A DNA stretch of 61,878 nt, filler included. It is 8 parts of 8 records of this genome, joined end to end, with 100 filler letters (N's around TTAATTAATTAA, not from the genome) between each part and the next. Parts side by side here need not be neighbours in the genome. Positions count along the whole stretch, not along the records: positions 48,560 to 53,897 come from SRR20825010_3385; positions 53,998 to 58,313 come from SRR20825010_3407; 6 more parts are not named here. The stretch is one strand, 5' to 3'. A model generated the notes under the pieces. It saw only the letters and a program-made list of their open reading frames with translations, made no database searches and had not been told where the DNA came from. Both the position numbers and the translations under genes were made by a program. The first letter of the stretch is position 1; the number at the start of each line of letters is the position of its first letter. Of this stretch, positions 48,560-58,413 are shown piece after piece.

Positions 48560-49122
48560 CCGTACATCACCAGCACGAAGACGGGCAGGAAAATCTCCGC
48601 CCAGCTGAAGCCGCTGGTCATCGCCGAGGTGCCGGGCAGCCAGCCGAGCCAGAAGACGAAGATGGCGGAAAAGAAGGTGGCGGAGGCAAATTCCGGCACC
48701 GAGGTGGTGAGCACCGATCCCACCGAGACCACCCGGTCCTGGACCGATCCCTCCTTCATGCCCGCGATCACGCCCAAGGTCAGGGAGAGCGGGATCATGA
48801 AGAGCATATAGAGCCCCGCAAGGATGGCGGTGTTCCCGAGCCGGGGCCAGAGCACGTCGGCGACCGGGGATTTATACTGGATGGAATAGCCGAAATCGCC
48901 GGTCAGCGCGTTGCCGACCCAGGTGATGTAGCGTTCCAGAAAGGGTTCGTTATAGCCGTTCTGTTCGAGCCAGAGTTCCCGCTGTTCCGTGTTGGAGTAA
49001 GGCCCGAGGACCTTTCCGGCAACGGCCAGCTTGTCGGATTCGAAGATCGCGAAAAGCGTGAAAGAGACGATGACCATGATCAGGGCCATTGAGAGAAATC
49101 GACGGAATGCCAGTATCAGCAT
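48560..49122 (-). CDS. peptide/nickel ABC permease (DppB/OppB-like), 3' truncated
   Basis: P...RY..W......GDFG.S, RLGNT and SVPEF. Confidence 0.9.
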
Positions 49123-49203
49123 GGTATTGCTCCCCCCGGGGCAAAATGGCGCTAGAAACAGATAAGGGCGATATCATGTCGCCCTTATCTTCACTTCCTG
49201 ATT

Positions 49204-50880
49204 TTAGCTGTCGATCCAGACTTTATAGAACTGGTGGTACTGGGTCGGATGCGCCTCCACATCCATGACCTTCTCGCTGGCCAGGAAGAATTTCGGCTGC
49301 CAGATCGGCTGGATGATAATGGCATCATCCTGGAGGATTTTCTCGACTTCCTCCATGGCTGCTTTACGTTTTTCCGCATCAACCAGGGATTCCGCCTTGT
49401 CGAGTGCTTTTTCGAAATCGGGATTGTTGTACCCGGTTTCATTCCACGGAACGCCGTTACGATAGGCCAGGCTGAGCACCATGGTGCCGAGCGGACGATG
49501 GGTCCATGCGGTGATGCCGAACGGCGTCGTTGCCCAGATTTCCCAGTATTTGGAAGCGGGCATCAGGTTGAGGTTGAGGGTAATCCCCGCTTCTGCCGCC
49601 TGGTCCTTCATGATTTCGCAAACCTGCTGCTGCCACGGGCCGTTGGTGTTACCCACATCGATGGTCAACTCGATCCCGTCCGGATATCCCGCTTCAGCGA
49701 GCAGGAGCTTGGCTTTGTCGATATCCCGCTCCTGCCGGTTCAGCGCGTAATATTCCGGATGGATCGGGGAAACATGGTGATGCTCACCGACATCCCCGCG
49801 TCCCTGATAGACAAGCTCATTATATTTTTCCGCATCGACGCAGGCCATCAGGGCCTGACGCACCCGCTTGTCGTCAAACGGCTTCTGCGTGATATTCATG
49901 CGCATCACGCCGGTTTGTGCGGTCCGGGCTTCAAGAATTTTCATGCCCGGAATGGACTGCGCCATGCCGAGGGAGGCGATATCGAACTCATAGTTCATAT
50001 CCACCTGACCGGAGGCAACGGCAGCCAGCTGCGCGGCGGAACCCGCGCCATGGTCAAAGTAATGAATCTCGTCGAGATAGACTTCCCCGCCCCAGTAAGG
50101 CTGGTCAACCCGTTTCAGGATCGCTTTTTCACCAACCGCGAAATCAACGAGGGTGAACGGGCCCGTGCCGTTCGGCTGCTCGACAAGATTGCCCTTGAAA
50201 TCGCGATGAACGATCATCGTCGGATAGTTGTAAAGATTCTCCGGGATGGAGAGAACCGGTGTGTTCAGGTTCAGCCGGATCGTATAGTCATCGACTTTTT
50301 CGAGCGCGCCTTCGGTCATGACCTTCTTGGCATCGTCCCCCTCGCCGACGCTGGTCAGCATGGAATCGAACAGGCCGACATTGGACGAGCCGGTCGCCGG
50401 GTCGAGCCAGCGGGTGAAGTTGAACATCACGTCATCGGCGTTGAAGTCATCGCCATTGTGCCATTTAATGCCCTCACGGAGCTTAAATGTCCATGTCTTG
50501 AGGTCGTCGGAGGCAGACCAGCTTTCCGCCAGATACGGGCGGGTCACATTGTCAGCGCCGGTAATCACAAGATATTCGCACATCTGGCGGGCGACGTTGG
50601 ATGGCGGCGTCCAGCTATAGACGGCCGGGTCGTTCATTTCCTGAACTTCCATGGAGACCTTCAGGATGCCGCCCTTCTTGGGCTCGGCGGCTTTCGCTTC
50701 GATTGTCGGGTCCGCCATGCCAACGATGGAATAGGCGGCGGCGGCCGACAGACCGAGCAAGGTTGAGGTCCGGAGGAACTCCCGGCGGTCCATCTTGCCG
50801 CTGCGGTATTGTTCCGTAACGTCTTCGATCATGGGATGGATGCGCCCTGGCGCTTCATGATCCATCTTTTTCACTGACAT
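49204..50880 (-). CDS. family 5 ABC substrate-binding protein with Tat signal
   Basis: DRREFLR Tat motif, LAESW, WTFKLREG, GTGPF and PFDDKRVRQA. Confidence 0.93.
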   Translation of the reverse strand: MSVKKMDHEAPGRIHPMIEDVTEQYRSGKMDRREFLRTSTLLGLSAAAAYSIVGMADPTIEAKAAEPKKGGILKVSMEVQEMNDPAVYSWTPPSNVARQMCEYLVITGADNVTRPYLAESWSASDDLKTWTFKLREGIKWHNGDDFNADDVMFNFTRWLDPATGSSNVGLFDSMLTSVGEGDDAKKVMTEGALEKVDDYTIRLNLNTPVLSIPENLYNYPTMIVHRDFKGNLVEQPNGTGPFTLVDFAVGEKAILKRVDQPYWGGEVYLDEIHYFDHGAGSAAQLAAVASGQVDMNYEFDIASLGMAQSIPGMKILEARTAQTGVMRMNITQKPFDDKRVRQALMACVDAEKYNELVYQGRGDVGEHHHVSPIHPEYYALNRQERDIDKAKLLLAEAGYPDGIELTIDVGNTNGPWQQQVCEIMKDQAAEAGITLNLNLMPASKYWEIWATTPFGITAWTHRPLGTMVLSLAYRNGVPWNETGYNNPDFEKALDKAESLVDAEKRKAAMEEVEKILQDDAIIIQPIWQPKFFLASEKVMDVEAHPTQYHQFYKVWIDS

Positions 50881-51518
50881 ATTAGATAACTCCCTATCCA
50901 ATTAAATTTTCGATTTGCGGTTACTTGATTAATCTTGATTTAATAATATGACTGTCACATTTTTTTGACGGCCTTTTTGTTCATTTTGCGACCATAATTT
51001 TCCTGTTCAACGCAAATTATGCCGCAATTTCAACCATTTTCCTCTCAGTTGATGCACAGCATAGTGAAACGGAGTGCGGCTCGTCAATGGAGATAGCAAA
51101 AAATATTATTTGATTACATAAATGTGATAAAAAAATGAAAAATCAGACTACTAGAAGTAATTATTCATATAAAAACAGCATAATTATAATTATTTACTTT
51201 ACTAAAAATTCTCTACCTTAAATATTTTTTGTTGACAAGTTTACCTTAAAGCAACGCGTGGGTTTTTATATAAATTATATCTATTCTATATTTCATTTCC
51301 ACTTTGATGTTCCGCAATATTAAGACGGCCCGCCCTGAAAATCCACCCCTCGGCGACAACCCGTTCCACCCTTCCACGTTTGGTAAAGGATAAGAACCGG
51401 CAGGGGAAAGTCAAATGCGGCGACAGGAAATAGTCGCCTCGCGCCTCATGAACATAATAAAACCGGCACAGAAATAGGTCCATTTTCCCCCATGGCCGAG
51501 GCAAGGCAACAGCATGAA

Positions 51519-51547
51519 TTTACATTGCGTGAACAGGGCTGTATAAC
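51519..51547 (+). promoter_or_regulatory. sigma70-like promoter of the acyl-CoA dehydrogenase gene
   Basis: TTTACA-N17-TATAAC. Confidence 0.5.
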
Positions 51548-51582
51548 GAGGTGAACAAAAACAATAACAAGATGGAACCATC

Positions 51583-52725
51583 ATGCAGCGCGAACTTTTC
51601 AGTGAAGAACATGAACTTTTCCGGGCCTCCGCCCGCCGCTTTGTCGAGGAGCGGATTGTCCCCTTCCATGCCCAGTGGGAAAAAGATGGCCAGGTGAGCC
51701 GGGACGTCTGGCGCGAAGCGGGCGAAGGCGGCTTTCTCTGTTGCTCGGTGCCGGAGGAATATGGTGGCGTGGGCGGCGACTTCCTGTTCGGCGCGATCTT
51801 TCTGGAAGAACTCGCGCGCGCCGGGACCAGCGGCCCCTCTTTCCATCTGCATTCAGAGATTGTCGCCCCCTACATCACCGCCTACGGCACGGAAGAGCAG
51901 AAAAAGCACTGGCTGCCCAAGCTGGTGAAGGGCGAGGCCATCGCCGCCGTCGCCATGAGCGAGCCCGGCGCCGGATCGGACTTGCAGAATATCCGCACCA
52001 CCGCCCTCGCCGATGGTGATGATTATGTGATGAACGGCCAGAAGGTCTTTATCAGTAATGGCCAGCTCGCCGACCTGATTGTCGTCGCCTGCAAGACGGA
52101 CCCGGCCGCGGGCGGCAAGGGCGTTTCCCTTGTGCTGGTGGAGGGGGACCGCGAAGGATTTTCGCGCGGCCGCAATCTTGAGAAAGCCGGATACAAGGCG
52201 CAGGACACATCGGAGCTGTTCTTTAATGATGTGCGAGTGCCGAAATCCAACCTGCTCGGCGAGGAAGGGCGCGGCTTCAAGCAGCTCATGCAGCAGCTCC
52301 CGCAGGAACGGCTGGTCATCGCCGTGCGCTCCGCCACCAGTATCGAGACCGCGCTTGACTGGACCGTCGAATACACAAAGGAACGCAAGGCGTTCGGCCA
52401 GAGCATCGCCGAGTTCCAGAACACCCGCTTCAAGCTCGCCGAGATCAAGTCGAAGGCGGTGATGATGCGCGCCTTTGTCGATCGCTGCATTGCGGCGCAT
52501 CTGAAGGGAGAACTCGATTCCGTTACCGCCGCCATGGCCAAGATGCAATCGACGGAGGTTCTCTGGCAGGTTCTCGATGACTGCGTGCAGCTTCACGGCG
52601 GCTATGGTTATATGTGGGAATACCCGATCTGCCGCGCCTGGGCGGACAACCGCATGGCCCGCATCGCCGGCGGCACCACAGAGATCATGAAGGAAATCAT
52701 CAGCCGCGACCTTCTGGCGGACTAG
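51583..52725 (+). CDS. acyl-CoA dehydrogenase (long-chain/LCAD-like)
   Basis: AMSEPGAGSD, NGQKVFISNG, QDTSELFF, PQERL, QLHGGYGY and GGTTEIMK. Confidence 0.96.
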   Translation: MQRELFSEEHELFRASARRFVEERIVPFHAQWEKDGQVSRDVWREAGEGGFLCCSVPEEYGGVGGDFLFGAIFLEELARAGTSGPSFHLHSEIVAPYITAYGTEEQKKHWLPKLVKGEAIAAVAMSEPGAGSDLQNIRTTALADGDDYVMNGQKVFISNGQLADLIVVACKTDPAAGGKGVSLVLVEGDREGFSRGRNLEKAGYKAQDTSELFFNDVRVPKSNLLGEEGRGFKQLMQQLPQERLVIAVRSATSIETALDWTVEYTKERKAFGQSIAEFQNTRFKLAEIKSKAVMMRAFVDRCIAAHLKGELDSVTAAMAKMQSTEVLWQVLDDCVQLHGGYGYMWEYPICRAWADNRMARIAGGTTEIMKEIISRDLLAD

Positions 52726-52792
52726 GCTCCTACCGGTCCTGACCGGTGGGGCTTTGGCCTCGCTCTTTCCCGCATAATCTGATTGATTATAC

Positions 52793-52804
52793 ATAACTAG
52801 TTAT
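52793..52804. promoter_or_regulatory. putative MarR operator
   Basis: Perfect palindrome ATAACTAGTTAT, 36 nt upstream of marR. Confidence 0.6.
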
Positions 52805-52840
52805 ATATCTTGTTATGAACTTAATTAACCGGGAAATGCG

Positions 52841-53341
52841 ATGGTTGAAGATTTTGTCCGCCGGAAGGGATATCTCACCCTCGGCACGCGGCTGAAACGC
52901 ATCGGGGATCGCCTGCAGGCGGATGTGCAGCAACTGATCGACGCGGAGGGGGTTCCGGTGCAGACGGGGCAATACCCCCTCCTCGCCGCCATTGATGAGC
53001 AAGGCCCCATGACCGTGGGCGATCTCGCCGAGGCGCTTGGCGTCAGCCAGCCCGGCATCACCCGGAGCGTCGGGCAGCTTGCGAAGCAGGGCGTTGTGAC
53101 AGTGGCGCGCGGACCTGAGGATCAGCGCACCAAGGTCGTCACCCTCACCCGGCAGGGGCAGGGTATAGTGGACCAGGGCAAGCGCGATCTCTGGCCATTG
53201 ATCGATGAAAGCCTTGCCGGTATTTGCGAAAAAGAGCGCGGCACTATTCTCGATCAGCTCGATCGCCTTGAAAGCGCCCTGCAGGAAAAATCCCTGTTCC
53301 AGCGGATTAAACAAAATGAAAAGGCGAATATCGATGGCTGA
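52841..53341 (+). CDS. MarR family regulator
   Basis: LGTRLKR, LAEALGVSQPGITR and DQR...V.LT..G. Confidence 0.93.
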   Translation: MVEDFVRRKGYLTLGTRLKRIGDRLQADVQQLIDAEGVPVQTGQYPLLAAIDEQGPMTVGDLAEALGVSQPGITRSVGQLAKQGVVTVARGPEDQRTKVVTLTRQGQGIVDQGKRDLWPLIDESLAGICEKERGTILDQLDRLESALQEKSLFQRIKQNEKANIDG

Positions 53342-53897
53342 ACATATCCTCAACCGGCCGATCTGGAACTCCCTGAACACCCGCCATGCCCCCTTTGCCG
53401 TGGGAGAAGACGGCGCCCGCCGCTTCCGGGAGAATGTGAGTATCTTTGCCGGTCTCAAGGATGAAAGCGCGGAGAGTCTTTCCGCCCTCGCCCGACTGAT
53501 GCCGAAGCAGGGAAACCTGTTCCTGATCCAGGTTGCACCGATTGTGCTGCCGGACGGGATTCGCGTCGCCATGGCCGGAGAGGGATTTCAGATGATCCTT
53601 GAAAAGCTGAACGCGCGGAAATCGAGCGCGCCCCAAATCGAGCGCCTGACCGAGGCGGATGCGGAGGATATGTTCGCCCTCGCCACACTCACCAAGCCGG
53701 GGCCTTATCTGAAGGACACCCGGCTTCTGGGTACCTTTTTTGGGGTGAAGGAAGACGGCAAACTCATCGCCATGGCGGGTGAGCGCTTCAAGCATCCGGG
53801 CTATTCGGAGATAAGCGGCGTCTGCACCCATCCCGATCATCTCGGGCGCGGTCTCGCCCATGCGCTCTGCGTTCATGTGGCGGAGCAAATCCTGGCG
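53334..53897 (+). CDS. GNAT acetyltransferase (FR47-like), 3' truncated
   Basis: LNRPIWNSL, PGP, AMAGER and EISGVCTHPDHLGRG. Confidence 0.9.
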
Positions 53898-53997
53898 NNN
53901 NNNNNNNNNNNNNNNNNNNNNNNNNNNNNNNNNNNNNNNNNTTAATTAATTAANNNNNNNNNNNNNNNNNNNNNNNNNNNNNNNNNNNNNNNNNNNN
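53898..53997. other. artificial contig linker
   Basis: N44-TTAATTAATTAA-N44. Confidence 0.99.
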
Positions 53998-54445
53998 CAC
54001 CGATCTGGCGCATGTGAAACCCGAAGGCGCGTCCTTTGACGACATCGGCCGGGGTGAGGAAGAAGGGGTTTCCAACCTCAAGGAACTGTCGGAAACCGCC
54101 GCGACCCGGTCGCTGGAAGTGCTGAAACAGATCAGCTCAACCGGCTACCTGCGCAAGCGGATGCCGCAGGAACTGGTGGTGCTGCAAGGCGGTCAGGCGA
54201 CCGTCGCGCTGGAGGCCGGAACCGACGCGGAACAGGTGCTGCGCACGCTGGTGCCCGCCACAGCGGCAGGCCCCAAGACCAGCGGATCGGCCACGTCGAC
54301 GATTGCGATCAACACCGCCGTGACCCGCGCCAAGATGCAGGGCTACGAGGGCGAGGCCTGCAACGAGTGCGGCAACTACACGCTGGTGCGTAACGGCACT
54401 TGCATGAAGTGCAACACCTGCGGCGGCACCTCGGGCTGTAGCTGA
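53998..54445 (+). CDS. nrdJ: vitamin B12-dependent (class II) ribonucleotide reductase, C-terminal end
   Basis: GYEGEACNECGNYTLVRNGTCMKCNTCGGTSGCS C-terminus. Confidence 0.93.
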
Positions 54446-54452
54446 GGATAGT

Positions 54453-54697
54453 GGGGCAGGGCGCAAGCGTCCTGCCCCCTGAGACACCCCTAGGGGGGGT
54501 GATGCGGGACCCGTTGCCAGGGGCCCGCGTGGTTAGGGTGGCAACAGGGAGTCCCGTCCCGCCATCCGGTCCAGGGGTCGGTGCGCCGACCCCAGACGCC
54601 GACAAGGCCGCAGGCAAAACAAAAACCCCGGGCGGTGAACAGAAAGAGTCTTGTCAGCGAACCTCAGAGCGTCCTTCCCCAGGGCGCTCTTTTTTTT
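54453..54697 (+). ncRNA. candidate structured RNA in the nrdJ 3' region
   Basis: Five GC-rich stems (one with a GCAA tetraloop) followed by an intrinsic terminator; no credible ORF. Confidence 0.45.
54666..54697 (+). terminator. intrinsic terminator
   Basis: agagcgtcct-tcccc-agggcgctct followed by T7. Confidence 0.88.
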
Positions 54698-54995
54698 GGC
54701 TCAGGCCGACTCGATTATTGTCCGGTCAACCGGTTGTTTGCGTTTAACGACTCGCCGATTGGTTCCCTGTGATCGTCGTTCCCAAGGCAGTTCGGCGGTG
54801 CCGCGCCAAAGCATGGGGGTGGCAGGCGCGGCTTCTCGCGCGGCGGATTTCTCCGGCCTTGCTCCGCTGATGGCAAGGGGCAATTCCGGCAAGCCTTTGC
54901 GCGAAATGGCCCCCCCGCCGACAGGGGGATGCAGAGGGCGAAAATCACCGCCATGTCTTGGGTACTTTCAACCCACCACTCATGGAGGAAAGATC

Positions 54996-55241
54996 ATGAA
55001 AGCGACACTCTTCACCACGGCAACCATTGCCCTTCTGTCCCTGCCGGCCTTTGCGCAGGACATGGCCGGACCGGACACGGACGGCGACGGCCTTGTCACT
55101 CTGATGGAGGCACAGACCGCCTATCCTGACCTGTCGCAGGACGACTTTGACGAAGCGGACGCCAATGCGGACGGGTTCCTTGATGGCGATGAGTTGCAGG
55201 CCGCGATGGACAGCGGTCTGATCCCGGCCACCGAAGGCTGA
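54996..55241 (+). CDS. small secreted EF-hand protein
   Basis: GGAGG RBS, signal peptide ending AFA, and loops DTDGDGLVTLME and DANADGFLDGDE. Confidence 0.9.
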   Translation: MKATLFTTATIALLSLPAFAQDMAGPDTDGDGLVTLMEAQTAYPDLSQDDFDEADANADGFLDGDELQAAMDSGLIPATEG

Positions 55242-55349
55242 TCACCCTGATTGTGTGCCCCGCCGCCCTTAAGGGTGGCGAGGCATCTGCCTTGGGCGGG
55301 CGGTCCGGTCCCCACCGTGCCCGCCCGGGGCCATGACACGCTAAGACTG

Positions 55350-56885
55350 TTAGCGGAATTCGATCCGGCAGTTCACCAGTTCGCCAAAGATCGTGCGCTG
55401 GCAGACGCGAACTCGCTGTCCCTGCGGTTCGGGCGCCGGGGCCGGGGCTTGATTGACCGGACGATTGAACACCGGCGCAGGGGCGTTTAGCACGCGCTGC
55501 TGTTCGGCCTCCTCCCGGCGTTTTTCCTCAAGGAAGTCAGAGTATTGCGTCTCACTCTGACGCACCAGAACGTCGCGTTGCGCGGCATCCAGAAAGCCGG
55601 TGGAATCAAAGCCGTTGCTCTCTTGCCATGCCTCCAGCGCCTGCCGTGTGCCGGGGCCAAAGATGCCGTCCGCGCCGCGTGTGTCAAAGCCCAAGAGCGT
55701 CAGCCGGTTCTGTATTTCCTGACGATCGTCAAACCGCAGATCCATCAAGGCCTCAGTGCCGGGGGTGGTGCGGGGCAGATCGCCGACCGCATCCACAATG
55801 ATCGACGCGCTGGCATCCGTCGACGCCATCTTGCGCGCCTCTTGCAGGGTCTGGTCCTCTGGGATCAGCTTCCAGAAATCGCGGAACGGAAAGGCGCGCC
55901 ATTCCTCTGCCACCAGTTTGACGTGGACCTCACGCAGGCGTGGGTTGCCACCGGTGGTCCAATCCTTGCTCATCCGCAACTTGATCGACGCGGCGGGATC
56001 ATCGGTCGGTGCTGCGGCAGTGGTCAGTTCCACCTGACAGCCAATCCACGACGGCACGCCATCGACGATAGCCTCAACCAGATAGGTGGCCTTGCGGTGC
56101 GCCGAGGCGCCGCTTTCGCGCAGGACTCGGTGATCATAGACGGATTGATCCGGGCGCGAAGTTTCGGGATCGAAATCGGCGTTTTCGCGGATGCAGGCGC
56201 GTGTCACCATCTGGTCGCCCAGACTGCTGGGGGCCTCGAACCCCTCCAGCCGCAGACCCAACGCGCGCGCCTCGTCGACGCGGTCAACGTACAGAATGTC
56301 ACTGTCCTGCAGCGCCATGACCTGCGCCGCAAACCCTGCCGACATCTGGAACTTTTCCATGCGGGCGGTGATCTCACTGGCGGACTTCAGCGCGGCGTCC
56401 ATCGCGGTCAGCGCCTCGCCATCGGCGTATTGACTGGCGTCCAGCACCCGGGCCAGCGATCCGAACCCCAATTCGGCGTTCAGGTGCAAGCTCTTGTTGG
56501 GCTCAGGCTGTCGGTCCGTGCCGGGTGCGCTGCCGCCCAGAAAGGCAAAGGCACAGGAACTCAGGCAGGTCGCGCCATCATCGACGGCTGTGGGAATCCC
56601 GCGATCATAGAGGTAATCGGCAATCTGGATCGCCTCGGAGAAAGAGCCGCCCGTGCTGTCCAGACACAGCGGCCGCGTGCCACTGGCAAAACTCCGGATG
56701 TCCAGCGCCCGGATCTTGTCCAGATCACCGGCGGCGATTTCACCGGTCAGGGTCGCGGCACAGTCAAAGTGTTTTCCGGTTGTCGTCACGATGTCACCCG
56801 CCAGGGCAGGAACTGGCCCAAGGGCCGCGCCGCACAGCAGCGCGGGCAGGATGGATCGGCGTATTGGGGCAGCTGGCATCTTCAC
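55350..56885 (-). CDS. secreted protein: ClpP/crotonase-like N-domain + peptidoglycan-binding domain
   Basis: Signal peptide; CLDSTGGS and CLSSCAFAFLGG; IQNRLTLLGFD...ADGIFGPGTRQAL.AWQ......TG.L. Confidence 0.8.
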   Translation of the reverse strand: MKMPAAPIRRSILPALLCGAALGPVPALAGDIVTTTGKHFDCAATLTGEIAAGDLDKIRALDIRSFASGTRPLCLDSTGGSFSEAIQIADYLYDRGIPTAVDDGATCLSSCAFAFLGGSAPGTDRQPEPNKSLHLNAELGFGSLARVLDASQYADGEALTAMDAALKSASEITARMEKFQMSAGFAAQVMALQDSDILYVDRVDEARALGLRLEGFEAPSSLGDQMVTRACIRENADFDPETSRPDQSVYDHRVLRESGASAHRKATYLVEAIVDGVPSWIGCQVELTTAAAPTDDPAASIKLRMSKDWTTGGNPRLREVHVKLVAEEWRAFPFRDFWKLIPEDQTLQEARKMASTDASASIIVDAVGDLPRTTPGTEALMDLRFDDRQEIQNRLTLLGFDTRGADGIFGPGTRQALEAWQESNGFDSTGFLDAAQRDVLVRQSETQYSDFLEEKRREEAEQQRVLNAPAPVFNRPVNQAPAPAPEPQGQRVRVCQRTIFGELVNCRIEFR

Positions 56886-57046
56886 TCTCCATACCTGTCA
56901 GCAGAACGACACAGAGACTCATAGCCCGTTGCGGCCTGTGATCAAAGCATGAGCAGGGCGGTTCGGTCCGTGTGCGGTAGCGGTGCAACCCTTTTTCGGG
57001 CGCGCTGTTGGCGCGTACAGGCAGTCACGCGCCCAACGCGCTGCCC

Positions 57047-57071
57047 CGTCCCGGGCCTGATCCGGGACCTC
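57047..57071. repeat. REP-like palindrome (CGTC-type)
   Basis: cgtcccgggcctgatccgggacctc; single copy in the window. Confidence 0.5.
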
Positions 57072-57176
57072 TCACCGGCTTTCCGGGGCGTGGATCAGAA
57101 CCCTGATCAAGATGAGGAACGTGGCGTAAGGATCCGAACCTATTGAATTATATCGGAGGTTGCCTTGATCGAAAGA

Positions 57177-57797
57177 TCACGACCGCCCGACATATCGATC
57201 CCGTCTGTGGTTGATGATCACCATCAGGTTCAGGATCACCGCTCCCAACAAAGAGACCGCAACCACCTGCCAGTCAAAGATCGCCATCGCCAAGGCAAAA
57301 ACTGCCAGATCGAATCCCAACTGCACGGCCCCGGCCGGAATCCCCCGGGTGTCCTGCAGCCACAGCGCAACAACGCCCACGCCGCCCAACGTCGCCCCAT
57401 GACGAAACAGCACGATCAGACCCATCCCGGCCAGAACGCCAAAGAGCACGGCGCTGACAGCCGGGTACTGCGGGTCCAGTCGCACCAAATCTGGCAAAAC
57501 TTCGGTCCAGGCCGACAGCAATCCCACGGCGGCAAAGGTCTTGAGTGTGAACCGCCAGCCCATCTGTCGGATCGCCAACAGGTAGAATGGCAGGTTTAGC
57601 ACAAAGAACACTGCACCGAAGGACCAACCGCCCACATAGCTGGCAATCAGCGACAGCCCCGCAATCTGGCCGGTGATTAGCCCGCTGGCTTTGAGAAACA
57701 TAACCGCCAGCGCCATCAGGCAGGTGCCGACCAGCAGGCCAAGGACATCTTCCCACAGGCTGTGGCGATCGGCGGGGGGCAAGGAGAGCAGGGTCAT
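57177..57797 (-). CDS. YitT family membrane protein
   Basis: GLITGQIAG, NLPFY, FRHGATLGG and NHRRDRY. Confidence 0.9.
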   Translation of the reverse strand: MTLLSLPPADRHSLWEDVLGLLVGTCLMALAVMFLKASGLITGQIAGLSLIASYVGGWSFGAVFFVLNLPFYLLAIRQMGWRFTLKTFAAVGLLSAWTEVLPDLVRLDPQYPAVSAVLFGVLAGMGLIVLFRHGATLGGVGVVALWLQDTRGIPAGAVQLGFDLAVFALAMAIFDWQVVAVSLLGAVILNLMVIINHRRDRYVGRS

Positions 57798-57887
57798 GGC
57801 ATCCCGATGCGCCCAACGACGTCAGTTTGGCAAGGGCCAAGGGCGCATAACGGTTCTGCGCCCCCGGCAATGCCTGTTAAAGCGGCG

Positions 57888-58313
57888 TCAGCCAGCCAGC
57901 GCCTTGTTCAGGTTTTCGTCGATCTTTTCCAGAAAACCCATAGTCGTCAGCCAGGCCTGATCCGGCCCGACCAGCAGCGCCAGATCCTTGGTCATGTGAC
58001 CGGATTCCACCGTCTCGACGATCACCCGCTCCAGCGTCTCGGCGAATTCGCGCAGCGGCGTGTTGTTGTCCAGTTTGGCGCGGTGCTTTAGCCCGCCGGT
58101 CCAAGCATAAATCGACGCGATGGAGTTGGTCGAGGTCGATTGCCCGTCCTGATGCTGACGATAGTGCCGGGTGACGGTGCCATGGGCGGCCTCTGCCTCG
58201 ACGATCTTGCCGTCGGGCGTCATCAACTGGCTGGTCATCATGCCCAGCGACCCAAACCCTTGCGCCACGGTGTCGGACTGCACATCGCCATCGTAGTTCT
58301 TGCAGGCCCAGAC
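57888..58313 (-). CDS. icd: NADP-dependent isocitrate dehydrogenase, C-terminal part
   Basis: [36 protein letters not shown] and MTKDLA. Confidence 0.96.
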   Translation of the reverse strand, partial: VWACKNYDGDVQSDTVAQGFGSLGMMTSQLMTPDGKIVEAEAAHGTVTRHYRQHQDGQSTSTNSIASIYAWTGGLKHRAKLDNNTPLREFAETLERVIVETVESGHMTKDLALLVGPDQAWLTTMGFLEKIDENLNKALAG

Positions 58314-58413
58314 NNNNNNNNNNNNNNNNNNNNNNNNNNNNNNNNNNNNNNNNNNNNTTAATTAATTAANNNNNNNNNNNNNNNNNNNNNNNNNNNNNNN
58401 NNNNNNNNNNNNN
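58314..58413. other. artificial contig linker
   Basis: N44-TTAATTAATTAA-N44. Confidence 0.99.

Noticed and set aside
49234-50766. Long antisense ORFs (also 39288-40622, 41074-42084, 55545-56924, 22196-23350)
   Set aside because: They are shadows of well-supported genes on the opposite strand, expected from GC-rich codon bias, and carry no motifs.
54453-54697. Cobalamin riboswitch associated with nrdJ
   Set aside because: It lies downstream of the gene, not in the leader, and I could not find a convincing B12-box. Kept as an unknown structured RNA.
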